The notes: generated by a model not told the origin, from the letters alone. Positions 49,842 through 60,362 are shown, numbered from the stretch's first letter. The stretch: DNA of 64,000 nt from Candidatus Hydrogenedentota bacterium (GCA_963668025.2 CAXXTH010000017.1:448001-512000); one strand, 5' to 3'. A program made the numbers and translations.

Positions 49842-51270
49842 TCATTCCAGCGCGTCGCGCAAGGAATCATCACGCCGGGAGAGGAATTCATCAAGCATCG
49901 CCTCTGCGATTTCTGGGTCGATTTTGAGCATCGCGAGGCTGTCTTCGAGGCCAGCGAATGTATTCCGGTTCTCTTCCAGGTTCGCGCCCATGGCGTGCGC
50001 CATGGCGTCGGCTAATGCGATGACGGCGACGGTCTCGCGCGCGTGCGTGGCATCTGCGGGCCGGTGATGGAAACGGATGGATTCCGCGATTTCTGGCGGC
50101 AGGCTCCAATGCAGTGCAAGCTCATAACCGGCTTCCGCGTGTGAAATGCCGATGATGCTCTCTTCCAGTGCGGCGAGTTCGTTTGTCTTGTATGTGGTTG
50201 GAATTTTCCGGCATAACCCTGGCGCTACTTCCGCCAAAACCAGACGTCCGATATCATGCAGCAAACCCGCCGCGAAAACACCCGTCAAACTGCGCCGCCC
50301 GCTGGCTTTGAGCACAAAACGGGTTGCCGCGGCGCAGCACATGGATTCGACCCAAAAGCGTTTGTAATCAAAGTGCTTCGTCTTTTCGAATACATTGAGC
50401 ACGGCGGCGGATAATATGATCGAATAGGTCTCACGCAAACCCAGCAAGGTCATGGCGAGGGTCAGATCTTCGATCTGGCGCGGAAACCCATAGGCGGCAG
50501 AATTGGCCACGCTAAGCACTTTTCCGGCAATGGGCGGGTCCATCACGACAATCTTGCTCACATCGGAAATCGAGCTGAGTGGATTGGTCATGGCTTCCCG
50601 GGCCCGGTGGACCGTCTCGGGCAAGGCAGGGAAGGTATCGATTTCGCCCACTAACCGGGCTACCAGTTTGAGCCGGATAGGTATTTCAAGGCCCCGCAAC
50701 CGGATTTCATCGCATGTGGGCGGCCCTGCGGTTTCCGCCTGAATATAATACCGATCAATCGCCGCGCGGACATCATCCGCATTGCATAGCACTGCCCGGA
50801 CAGGCAGGCCAATACGCGCTTCAATCTCATGAACCGAATCCGGGCTTAATGGATGGGCGGCGCCGATGCGCAAAAGGCCATTGGCCCGGTCAATGGGAAA
50901 CAACTGGTGCCGTTCCGCCAATGCGCGCGGCACAAGTTGGACAATTTCCGGTTCGATCTCGAATTGGGGAAAGGGCGGCGGTGTGGACGCCGGGCAGGCG
51001 GGCAAGAAAGGAAATAAAATCCTCCACATCAACATAGCCCAGCGCGATGAGTGCGCGAACGGCGTCGCCCCCATATTGGTCTTGGATTTTGACGGCATGC
51101 TCAAGCTGGGCGAAGGTGATCATGCCTTCACCACACAAAAGCTCGCCAAAACGCCCGTTGGCTAATTGCTCCATGCGGTCTAAATGCTGTTTCCCGGCGT
51201 CCGCCGGAGCATCTCGCCCCTCATATCGGCCACGAAGACGCCCATCTGTACAATTGTCTTCGGGGGACAT
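49842..51270 (-). pseudogene. MshEN/GspE-N + HDOD domain protein with a +1 frameshift near 50966-50969
   Basis: RFGELL..EGMIT..QLEHAV..Q in one frame; FEIEPE...HDOD (DPPIAGKVLSVANSA, LLHDIG) in another; removing one C joins them. Confidence 0.8.
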
Positions 51271-51366
51271 GAAACTACCCCTTTCATTGTTCCGGCGGCT
51301 CCATTTGTATACCGGAATCCCAAACCATTCCCCATTCGCCCAGTGTAGGCATGCACGCTGAGATAG

Positions 51367-52251
51367 TCAAGCCTTATCCCTGTTGGCGCAAACTACGCCG
51401 TGTTCTTTCGAACGGGCCAGCGTTACATCGTATTCATCGAACGCGGATGCCGCAAGCTGGGCCTGCGCTTCCGAATGGCATACGCCGAACATGGTAGGCC
51501 CGCTTCCGCTCATGGCCGCGGCGCTGCATCCGGCTTCCAGCAGGCGCTCTTTAATGGCTTGTAAAGGCGGATAGTGGCGGAATGCCGCTGTTTCCATCCG
51601 ATTGAATACGGCGCCCGCTATGTCGCCCGCCTCGAGGCGTTCGAGCGCCCGCCGGAACGAAGGCGTCCGCCCATCGAGCGCGGGCTCCAGGTTTCGAACC
51701 AAATAGGGGCTTGTGTAGATGCTGCGGGTGCTCACGGCAATTGGCGGATGCACCAGCACAAACCACATCGGCGGCGGAAGGGGCAAGGCTTCGAGGCATT
51801 CGCCCCGCCCTGTGGCGGCTTTGGCTCCGCCTTGCAGGCAATAGGGAACGTCTGAACCCAATTCGAGAGCCAGCTCCGCCAGCTTGGCCTCGGGCAAATC
51901 CATGCGCCACAGCGCATTTAGTGCGATAAGCGCCGCAGCGGCATTTCCCGAACCGCCCGCCAGCCCCGCCGCTACGGGGATATGCTTTTCCAGCCGCATG
52001 CGGACGCCTTGCCGCACGCCTGCATGGTTACGCAGCAGCAACGCGGCGCGATACACGAGATTCGTAGAATCACAAGGCAGCTCCGCGCCAACGCATTCCA
52101 GTGATATCTCGCAGGGAGCTTCTTCGAAGGACAGTGCATCCCATAGATCCACGGTTTGGAAGACGGTCTCGATATTGTGATATCCATCGGGCCGTTTATC
52201 GAGCACATCCAAATAGAGGTTAATTTTCGCATACGAGCGATACTGCAGCAT
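51367..52251 (-). CDS. ispE: 4-diphosphocytidyl-2-C-methyl-D-erythritol kinase
   Basis: AKINLYL, KHIPVAAGLAGGS, LGSDVP, MSGSG. Confidence 0.96.
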   Translation of the reverse strand: MLQYRSYAKINLYLDVLDKRPDGYHNIETVFQTVDLWDALSFEEAPCEISLECVGAELPCDSTNLVYRAALLLRNHAGVRQGVRMRLEKHIPVAAGLAGGSGNAAAALIALNALWRMDLPEAKLAELALELGSDVPYCLQGGAKAATGRGECLEALPLPPPMWFVLVHPPIAVSTRSIYTSPYLVRNLEPALDGRTPSFRRALERLEAGDIAGAVFNRMETAAFRHYPPLQAIKERLLEAGCSAAAMSGSGPTMFGVCHSEAQAQLAASAFDEYDVTLARSKEHGVVCANRDKA

Positions 52252-52309
52252 GCCTAGTCTCCGGTATTTCCTGTTATCATTCCAGCCGTATGAAGCAAAG
52301 ACGTTTTTT

Positions 52310-52497
52310 GTAACACTTTAGCCAAGGGGTGAAGAATGACCGGCGAGGGCGCCGGTCCCACAATTTGATTGCATTAAAAAGTGTGGGACCGACGCCCTCG
52401 TCGGTCTTCAGATGCAAAATAATGTATCAATACCAGCGCAAGGCAATAAACAAGGCTGCCAAATATCAGATGCTACTTCAGTCGGCTAAAGTGTTAC
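52310..52497. mobile_element. MITE family A copy (inverted) carrying a REP-like doublet
   Basis: GTAACACTTTAGCC / GGCTAAAGTGTTAC; internal GACCGGCGAGGGCGCCGGTCCCACA...TGTGGGACCGACGCCCTCGTCGGTC. Confidence 0.85.
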
Positions 52498-52611
52498 CCG
52501 CTTTCATATCCTCTTTTATTGTAACAGTCGCCATATCCGTTTTCTGGCGTACCCGTTCTGATTACCGATATCTTGTCCCCTTTCGTCACAAAAACTGTCC
52601 TGCTTTTGGCG

Positions 52612-52846
52612 CCTTCCAAAAACTCGCTGCGTGCGATTTTGTATCGCCGCAACGTCGAAAAAGTGCATTCAAGCGAGATCCGTACGCCCAAAGCGGCAGC
52701 AAGCTGCCGCACTCCAAATCGTTTCAAAAGAAATACTTAGACTGTATATGGATTGCGGTAGCTTGCTACCACTTTTTTGTTCTCTTTTGCTTATCTCGCC
52801 AGTATTTCCTCGCTATTGGCTTGTCCACACAGTTTTTGGAAATCCC
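52612..52846. mobile_element. MITE family C copy
   Basis: CCTTCCAAAAACT...AGTTTTTGGAAATCCC; 9-bp TSD CTTTTGGCG at 52603-52611 and 52847-52855; interior homologous to 41178-41350. Confidence 0.88.
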
Positions 52847-52872
52847 CTTTTGGCGGCGGCTATATTTGCCAC

Positions 52873-54546
52873 TTAGTAATTTTTCGAGCGGAGGATCGAG
52901 ATCACGAGGGCAAGGCCGAGCACGCCCGCCATGAGATAGCCCGCCATGCCAATATGGCGCACCGCCGAGCCGGTCGAAATGAGCAAGCTCGAACCGATGA
53001 TGATAGACCCGGTGATCACGCCGACCGTCAAGCGGTTGCTGGCCCGGTCAAGCACCGCCGCCACATAATTCAGCTTCTCGTGCTGCAGATGGATTTGGAA
53101 CTTGCCGCGCCGCAGCATGCGCAGCAAATGGCGCACATCGCCTGGAAACTGCCTGGCGAGGTGCAGCAGCGAGGTGAATTCTTGACGCACATCACCGAGG
53201 ATGGCCATGGGCGAGAAACGCTCGGCGATGATTTGCTCGACGTACGGGCGTATGACCGGGATCATATCCATATCAGGATCAAGCTGCCGGCCTGTCGATT
53301 CGATGGTCGCCAGGGCCTTGAGGAGCAGGCTGAAGCGCGGGGCGAGCCGAAGCTTGTGCCGCCGCAGCACCACGATCACCTGTTCAATGGCCTTGCCCAC
53401 CATCCCCCCCGCCACGACCGCTTTGGCTTGGAAGGCGATATACTCCGCGATATCGTGTTCGAGGGCCTCCGGGTCGTCCACTTCGCCATCCGAGGTGAAC
53501 ATGAGCACGGCTTGGGTACAGCCTTCAGGATTCTCATCGAACACCGCCCGCAGCAGGTCCGCCATGGCCTGCACATCGCTGCGTTCGAGATGCCCCACCA
53601 TGCCGTAATCGAGAAACGCAAGCTGGTTATTCTTCGTCACGAGAATATTGCCGGGATGCGGATCCGCATGGAACAAGTGATCCCGGAAAACTTGCTTGCA
53701 CAGCACATCGCAGCCGCGGAAGGCGACGATTTTCGGGTCGCTGTGGCGTTCGGGGAAACGTTCGACGGCGTCCACGCGCACGCCATCGATCCAGTCCATG
53801 GTCAAAATCGTGTTCGCGCAGCAATCGGGATAAGTTCGCGGTACAAAGACAAAAGCGTTGTTCTCGAAGTTCGCACGGAACCGGTCTATGACACGCGCTT
53901 CGAGCATGAAATCCAGCTCGCGGCTAATCGCGCGCTCGAATTCCTCCACCATGCCCTTGGGGTCCATGAGCCCAAGATCCACGGAGTGTTCGGCGGCCCA
54001 ATCCGCTGCGCCGCGCAACAAGCTTAGATCCGCCTGGATCGTCCCAGGCGCTTTCGGCCGCTGCACCTTGACCGCCACGGTTTGCCCGGTCTTGAGCCGC
54101 GCCCGATAGACCTGGCTCAGCGATGCGGCGGCCACGGGTTCTTCCGGGAATTCGCTGAACATCTCGCTAATCGGCCCGCCAAGCGCCTTTTCAATGGCGG
54201 GCTTCATGATATCAAACGGTTCCGGAGCGACCTGGTCTTGCAGCCTGCACAATTCCTTGGCCATATCATGGCCGACAAGATCGGGCCGCGTGCTGAGGAG
54301 TTGCCCGAGCTTGATGAAAGTCGGGCCCAATTCAGTAAGGGCCGCGCGCAACCGATAGCCCACATCGTGCCGCTCTGGGCTTGGCGCTTCGATCACGCGA
54401 ATGCCGCGCAATATCTTGGCGGGAATACCTTCATACACGCCGATGCGCCGGAGGAGGTCAGCAAAGCCATGGCGCAGGAGCACCCGCACGACATCCGCAA
54501 GCCGCAGACCGTTGCCTACGCGTTTCTTTAAGGTGTTATACGGCAT
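52873..54546 (-). CDS. ubiB: AarF/ABC1/UbiB family kinase
   Basis: LGPTFIKLGQ, AAASLSQV, VAVKVQRP, FHADPHPGN, LDYG. Confidence 0.92.
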   Translation of the reverse strand: MPYNTLKKRVGNGLRLADVVRVLLRHGFADLLRRIGVYEGIPAKILRGIRVIEAPSPERHDVGYRLRAALTELGPTFIKLGQLLSTRPDLVGHDMAKELCRLQDQVAPEPFDIMKPAIEKALGGPISEMFSEFPEEPVAAASLSQVYRARLKTGQTVAVKVQRPKAPGTIQADLSLLRGAADWAAEHSVDLGLMDPKGMVEEFERAISRELDFMLEARVIDRFRANFENNAFVFVPRTYPDCCANTILTMDWIDGVRVDAVERFPERHSDPKIVAFRGCDVLCKQVFRDHLFHADPHPGNILVTKNNQLAFLDYGMVGHLERSDVQAMADLLRAVFDENPEGCTQAVLMFTSDGEVDDPEALEHDIAEYIAFQAKAVVAGGMVGKAIEQVIVVLRRHKLRLAPRFSLLLKALATIESTGRQLDPDMDMIPVIRPYVEQIIAERFSPMAILGDVRQEFTSLLHLARQFPGDVRHLLRMLRRGKFQIHLQHEKLNYVAAVLDRASNRLTVGVITGSIIIGSSLLISTGSAVRHIGMAGYLMAGVLGLALVISILRSKNY

Positions 54547-54779
54547 TCGTCCTCATCCCGCCGTGGCGGCAATACATAATGAATAAAGCTCATTATATTT
54601 ATAAAACATATCATAAAGCACTCGAAATCGGCATCTTGCATCCTTTGAATCAAACGCAATCCTGTGTATACTACAGTTTTAATAGACCTTTTCCATTTGA
54701 TGGTTTCATATTGAGCATAAACGGGTTGAACAAAACCAATCTGTTCCATCTAGAAGATGTTTGGCCGGAGGCAGATACA

Positions 54780-56204
54780 ATGCTGAAGCAATTAAGAATA
54801 TATAATTTTAAAGGGTGGCAAGACACCGGCTTGATTCGCATGGCTCCCATTACGTTATTCTTCGGGGTGAATAGTTCTGGTAAGTCGAGCATTGGCCATT
54901 TTTTAATGATGCTGAAACAAACAGTCGAATCGCCGGATCGAAAGGCGGTGCTTTACCCAGGGGGCAGAAATTCCGCTATCCAACTTGGTTCTTATCGGGA
55001 TATGGTATTCAAGCATGACGAAGAAAAGAAAATTACTTTTGAATATGAATGGGTGCTTCCAAAGGATTTAGATTTTGATGATCCTTTGACTAAAGAAAGG
55101 TACTCGGGAAACTCGATGTCTTTTGAGGCCCAAGTCGGTATCGATAAAAAAGCAGGTGATAAAAAAGACGATGAAAAGAAAGAAGAAAAGCCTTTAGTCG
55201 CTGATTATTTAAAGTATCAGCTTCACAAAGACAATGATTCCACGATTTCTTTCACAATGACACGCAAGAATGGCGGAAAAACTGAATTTGACGTGCAAGC
55301 AGATAAATATAAGTTGGTTAGACAGTTAGGCCGCGCTTGGTCTATCAAAGCCCCCTATCGCTTCTATGGAATACCCGATGAAGTGGTGGCGTATCATCAA
55401 AATGCAGGATTCGTGCAACTACTCAATCTATGCCAAGAGAATCTATACCGGTCTGTTTTTTATCTAGGGCCTCTCCGCACAAAACCGGAGCGGTTATACG
55501 CTTGGAGTGGAAATGAACCTGAAAGTGTTGGATTCTCGGGTGAAAATGCTATTGCCGCCATTTTGGCTGCCCGGAAGCGCAAGATCAATTTTGGTGCAAA
55601 CAGACATACAAAGCCATTTGAAGCGCTTCTAGCATCGGAACTCAAGGAGATGGAGCTGATAGAAGAATTTAAAGTCAATCCTATTTCGATCCATCGACAG
55701 GAATATGAAGTAAAGATACGGACAATAGGATCAAGTGAATGGGTGGATTTGCCTGATGTCGGTTTTGGTATTTCCCAAGTGCTTCCAGTGTTGGTGCAGT
55801 GTTTTTATGCGCCACATAATTCTATTATCTTAATGGAACAGCCAGAGATTCATTTGCATCCGAAAGCACAAGCCGCATTAGCGGATGTGATGATTGATGT
55901 AATCAACTCTAGAGAAAATGGCAAAGATCGCAACATCCAGCTTATTATCGAAACACACTCTGAACATTTTCTGCGAAGATTGCAGAGGCGAATCGCAGAG
56001 AATTCCGATCTTTATGAAAAAGTATCTGCATATTTTGCCAATATGACAACGCCCCCCCCCTGTTTGGAGCCGCTTCAAATAGATTTATACGGAAACATTC
56101 TAAACTGGCCTGAGAATTTCTTCGGCGACGAAATGGGCGATATTACCGCACAAGCCAAAGCAGCTCTGCAAAAACGGAAACAACTACAGAAACAACAGGC
56201 TTGA
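54780..56204 (+). CDS. ABC/AAA_21-type ATPase with DUF3696-like C-terminus
   Basis: GVNSSGKSS Walker A, VGFGISQ signature, LMEQPEIHLHP Walker B, ETHSEH, G...NWPENFF. Confidence 0.88.
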   Translation: MLKQLRIYNFKGWQDTGLIRMAPITLFFGVNSSGKSSIGHFLMMLKQTVESPDRKAVLYPGGRNSAIQLGSYRDMVFKHDEEKKITFEYEWVLPKDLDFDDPLTKERYSGNSMSFEAQVGIDKKAGDKKDDEKKEEKPLVADYLKYQLHKDNDSTISFTMTRKNGGKTEFDVQADKYKLVRQLGRAWSIKAPYRFYGIPDEVVAYHQNAGFVQLLNLCQENLYRSVFYLGPLRTKPERLYAWSGNEPESVGFSGENAIAAILAARKRKINFGANRHTKPFEALLASELKEMELIEEFKVNPISIHRQEYEVKIRTIGSSEWVDLPDVGFGISQVLPVLVQCFYAPHNSIILMEQPEIHLHPKAQAALADVMIDVINSRENGKDRNIQLIIETHSEHFLRRLQRRIAENSDLYEKVSAYFANMTTPPPCLEPLQIDLYGNILNWPENFFGDEMGDITAQAKAALQKRKQLQKQQA

Positions 56205-56223
56205 ACAAGATGGGAAATCATGG

Positions 56224-56757
56224 ATGAGACGCTTGCCTGCTATATGTGTGGTTGATACAAATGTGCCTAAAACGGCCAATCGTTCTATAAATCCCGCAAA
56301 CATACCCGATGATTTAGTTGATTGCGTGGATGCATGCGTGGATGCAATTGAACATGTTATCAATAGCAGGGGCTTAGTTCTTGATGATGGGGATGAGATA
56401 TTTGAGGAGTATCGGCGGCAACTAAAGATGAAAGGCCAGCCTGGGGTTGGAGACCGGTTTATGAAATGGGTCCACGACAATCGATGGAGGCTTCCTGCTG
56501 CAAATCGGGTGAAAATAACAAAAACCGCCAATTCATACCTCGAATTTCCAGCTCATGTTGGATTATCCAGATTTGATCCTTCTGACCACAAGTTCCTCGC
56601 CGTCGCGAATGCTCATCCTGAGAAACCTGCTATTCTGCAAGCTGTTGACAGTAAATGGTGGGGATTCAAAGATGCTCTCACTGACGCTGGAATCACGGTT
56701 CACTTTCTATGCGAGAGCTACACAGAAAAGAAATACACGAAGAAGATGAAGCAATAA
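56224..56757 (+). CDS. PIN-domain-like protein
   Basis: VVDTNV, EY, DPSDHKFLAVA, D-S-K acidic pattern. Confidence 0.7.
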   Translation: MRRLPAICVVDTNVPKTANRSINPANIPDDLVDCVDACVDAIEHVINSRGLVLDDGDEIFEEYRRQLKMKGQPGVGDRFMKWVHDNRWRLPAANRVKITKTANSYLEFPAHVGLSRFDPSDHKFLAVANAHPEKPAILQAVDSKWWGFKDALTDAGITVHFLCESYTEKKYTKKMKQ

Positions 56758-56785
56758 GGCTACAACGGCTTCATGAAACTTGCCT

Positions 56786-57349
56786 CTATTGCGCTCTTCT
56801 TCCTGTTTGTTTGATGTAATGTTCCGCCCGCAAGAGGGCGATGATGCTCATGGCGTCGGTAATGGCTCCCTCATGAACCATGTCGATGGCGGTTTGAAAG
56901 GGAACTCTGCGCACTTCGAGCACTTCCGTGCCTTCGGGGTCAGGTTCATTCTCTTCCAGTTCTTCCGCTAGATATGCGTAGGCGATCTCGTTTGAAAAGC
57001 AATTGCTCAAGTGAATCGGCCCGCCTAAAGACGTCCATTTTCTTGCGGTAATGCCCGCTTCCTCCCGTAATTCGCGCTGGATCGCCTCGATAGGTTCTTC
57101 GCCGGGATCGGCCCCGCCCTCGGGAACCTCCCAGGAGTAGGCATCGAGCGGATAACGGTATTGCCCCACCAAATACACCTGCATATCTTCGGTGAGCGCC
57201 ACCACGCCCGTGGCGATGCGGGTCTCGACGACGCCATAGATGCCTGGTTTGCCATCTGGCCGGATCACCTTGTCTTCGCGCACGGTGATCCAGGGATTCG
57301 AATAGACCATGCGCTGTTCGAGTGTTTTCCATGGATTATGGGAGGACAT
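56786..57349 (-). CDS. NUDIX hydrolase (ADP-ribose pyrophosphatase-like)
   Basis: QYRYP, EGGADPGEEPIEAIQRELREEAG Nudix box; AAGGAAG RBS. Confidence 0.92.
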   Translation of the reverse strand: MSSHNPWKTLEQRMVYSNPWITVREDKVIRPDGKPGIYGVVETRIATGVVALTEDMQVYLVGQYRYPLDAYSWEVPEGGADPGEEPIEAIQRELREEAGITARKWTSLGGPIHLSNCFSNEIAYAYLAEELEENEPDPEGTEVLEVRRVPFQTAIDMVHEGAITDAMSIIALLRAEHYIKQTGRRAQ

Positions 57350-57430
57350 GCCATTACTTCCTTTCTTCTGCCGCAAGCCAAAGCCCCAGCATAACAGAAC
57401 TTGGCGCTCATTTCCGCACGAGGCGTATTC

Positions 57431-59253
57431 GAGGCATTTGCGAAATAAAGAAAATCCGTATTGACAAGGGTTTACAAAGCGGCGGAATTGGCGCCTACCC
57501 CGGAGAATGCGGGGAAAGGGGCTTGGCGGGGGCATGAATAAGGATTTTTTGTGAAAAATCACCCCAAATGCCCTCGGCGAGCGGGAAAAGGCGTAACGTC
57601 TCCCGTGTGTGATTGTAGTATAGTTGACCACATAACCACGCACACACCAAGGAGACGTTTGCGATGGCCATTATACACCAAATGGGGTTGTTCTCGTGGA
57701 ACCAGGTCGACGCGGCGTCGGATCTGGATCGGCTGAACCTGTTGCTGGCGGCGCTGCCGGATGAAGATTTGATGCGGGCGATGGAAGCCGAACGCAAGGG
57801 GCGGCGCGACGATTATCCTATCCGCGCGATGTGGAACAGCATACTGGCGGGGATCGTCTTCCAGCACGACGGCGTCGAAAGCCTGCGCCGCGAACTAGCC
57901 CGAAACGGGCAATTGCGCCAGTTGTGCGGATTCGACGTGTTGCGGGGCGCCAAGGCGGTCCCGCCCCGAATGGGTGTACACGCGGTTCTTCGCCAGATTA
58001 CTGCGCCACTGGAAAGAAGTGGACCGGATGTTCGACGCGCTCATCGTCCGGCTGATGGAACGCTTGCCGGATCTCGGGGTGCGTCTGGCCGTAGACTCGA
58101 AAGCCATCCAAACCCACGCCAAGCCTCCGCGCAAAGACGCGGTCCTGGAAAACGAAGAGCCGGACGGGCGGCGCGACCGCGACGCAGACTGGGGCACGAA
58201 AACCTACAAGGGCGTTCACAAGGACGGCACGCCCTGGGAGAAGGTCAAACGGTGGTTCGGCTACAAGCTGCACCTCATCGTGGACACGAAATATGAATTG
58301 CCGCTGGGCTACGCGGTCACGAAAGCCAGCGCCAACGACTCGCCCTTTCTGCTGCCCCTCGTGGCGGCTCTCGACGCGCGCCACCCCGAACTCGTCCAAC
58401 GCGCCGAGTACCTCAGCGCCGACAAGGGCTATGATTCCGAAGCCAACAACAAGGGCCTCTTCGAGGAACATGAAATCCGGCCCATCGTGGACATCCGGGC
58501 GACCTGGAAAGAAGAACCGGAACGGCCCCGCCCTTTATATCCCGAACGGGTAGACACGATCTTCCATACCGAACGAGGTGAAGTCCTCTGCCGGTGTCGT
58601 AACGGCGCCCCAAACGAACGCGACAACTATGATTCCATGGCCTACCAAGGATTCGAGCAAGATCGGGGAACCTTGAAATACCGTTGCCCAGCCAAGGCGC
58701 GCGGGAGCGCCTGTACCCAGCAAGACCTCTGCAACCAAGGATGCCAGCCCGAACACGGACGGATTGTCCGCGTGCCCATCGCTATCGACCGGCGCATCTT
58801 TACCCCCCTGCCCCGCAGCGCCAAATCCTGGCGCCGCGAATACAAACACCGCACCGCCATCGAGCGAGTCAACAGCCGACTCGACGGCGCATACGGATTC
58901 GAGCGCCACTACATCCGCGGTATGAAAAAGATGCGCGCCCGCACCGGATTAGCCCTCCTCGTCATGCTCGGCATGGCCCTGGGATGGCTCGAAGCCGGCC
59001 AGGCAGAACGCATGCGCTCGCTCCTCGGACAGCCCCGCGCCGCATAGATCACATCGAATCCGCACAAGCAATGATGGCCCGAATCAAGGGCAAACCATGC
59101 CCATTCGGGCCGCAAGGGTCCTACACGCGAACCTCCTGCATGATTTATTGCACCCGTAGCGGAGGCGTAATCCCATTGCCACAGGCGAAAACCGCTCCGC
59201 GTGTGCCCGCACCGTCCGCGCGTTCGCAAACCACGCTATTTCGCAAATGCCTC
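57431..59253 (+). mobile_element. Insertion sequence (IS5/IS1182-like DDE), 1823 bp
   Basis: 17-bp perfect TIR GAGGCATTTGCGAAATA / TATTTCGCAAATGCCTC; 5-bp TSD TATTC at 57426-57430 and 59254-59258. Confidence 0.93.
57664..59047 (+). pseudogene. DDE transposase split by a +1 frameshift at ~57964-57967
   Basis: N-part GRRDDYP...LCGF; C-part VDS, GYKLHL, ADKGYDS, RTAIERVNSRL; CCG CCC CGA ATG versus the expected CCG CCC GAA TGG. Confidence 0.85.
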
Positions 59254-59365
59254 TATTCCTGGCTTGCGCGCAAGGCGGTGGCAGGCCCTTCCCCCAGTCG
59301 GCATTCTTTTCCTAGCATGCGGGGCCATACATGTCCTTTTTGGCATGTTTGGCCCTGTTTTTTCT

Positions 59366-59381
59366 TGGCATACTCTTTGCT
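59366..59381 (+). promoter_or_regulatory. Sigma54 -24/-12 promoter of the flg operon
   Basis: TGGCAT-N5-TTGCT upstream of flgF. Confidence 0.7.
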
Positions 59382-59544
59382 CTTCATTCTACATGCCTGA
59401 TTACAACCAGGTCATTTGAATTGGCTGGCCCGGACCCGTTAAGTGGCGTCCCCATCGCTGCTTCGCGGCCGCTGTTGTCCAGACTGCAACCGGGCCACCG
59501 CATATAAGCGCCTTCGGGCGAAACGATAGATGAGGTAGAGGGCG

Positions 59545-60303
59545 ATGATTTCGGGATTGTACGCGGCGGGCCTCGGCATGATGGCCCTGGAGCAGCGGCA
59601 GGACACGGTGGCGAATAACATCGCCAATGCGTCCACGCCGGGCTACAAGCGTCAATACGCCGTGGACAAGGGCTTCTACCAGCTTTTGTATCAAAGGTCG
59701 CGCGACCCCTTTTGGGCCAATCGCGTCACGGCTCCGGGCGGCGGCCTCCAGCTCAACGAGACCTACACGGATTTTGCATCGGGCCCCATCACGACTACAG
59801 AGAATCCGCTCGATGTGGCGCTGCGCGGGAATGGCTATCTTGCGGTCAACACGCCGGAGGGTGAGCGTTACACGCGGGACGGCGCGATGCGCCTCGATAC
59901 TACCGGGCAGATTGTGAATTCAGATGGGTATCCTGTGTTGGATGAAGTCGGCCAGCCCATCGTCGCAGATGGGAGCAAAGTCGAGATCAACGCCGATGGC
60001 ACGGTCATCGTGGATGGCCAAGCTACGAGCAAGTTGCGCATCACCGAATTTCAAAATCCCGGCTTGTTGCAGCGTGCGGGCAAAAACCTGTTATCTGCTT
60101 CTCCCGAGGCCCTTCAACAATCCGCGCCTGCAACGGAAACAACGCTTATCTCGGGGGCCATCGAGCAGTCAAATGTGCAGCTTCCCACTGAAATGATCAG
60201 CATGATTCTGGGTGTGCGCCATTATGAGGCCAACCAGAAAGTGATTAATACGATTGATGAAACCATGAACCGGTTGATCGATCAAGTGGGTATGCCGGGT
60301 TAA
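59545..60303 (+). CDS. flgF: Flagellar basal-body rod protein FlgF
   Basis: ANNIANASTPGYK, YTRDG, EQSNV. Confidence 0.88.
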   Translation: MISGLYAAGLGMMALEQRQDTVANNIANASTPGYKRQYAVDKGFYQLLYQRSRDPFWANRVTAPGGGLQLNETYTDFASGPITTTENPLDVALRGNGYLAVNTPEGERYTRDGAMRLDTTGQIVNSDGYPVLDEVGQPIVADGSKVEINADGTVIVDGQATSKLRITEFQNPGLLQRAGKNLLSASPEALQQSAPATETTLISGAIEQSNVQLPTEMISMILGVRHYEANQKVINTIDETMNRLIDQVGMPG

Positions 60304-60362
60304 GCGGATAAACGCGTGAGCCCATCCACTTTATCTCGGCGGCCAATCAAGGAGGGTAGCCA

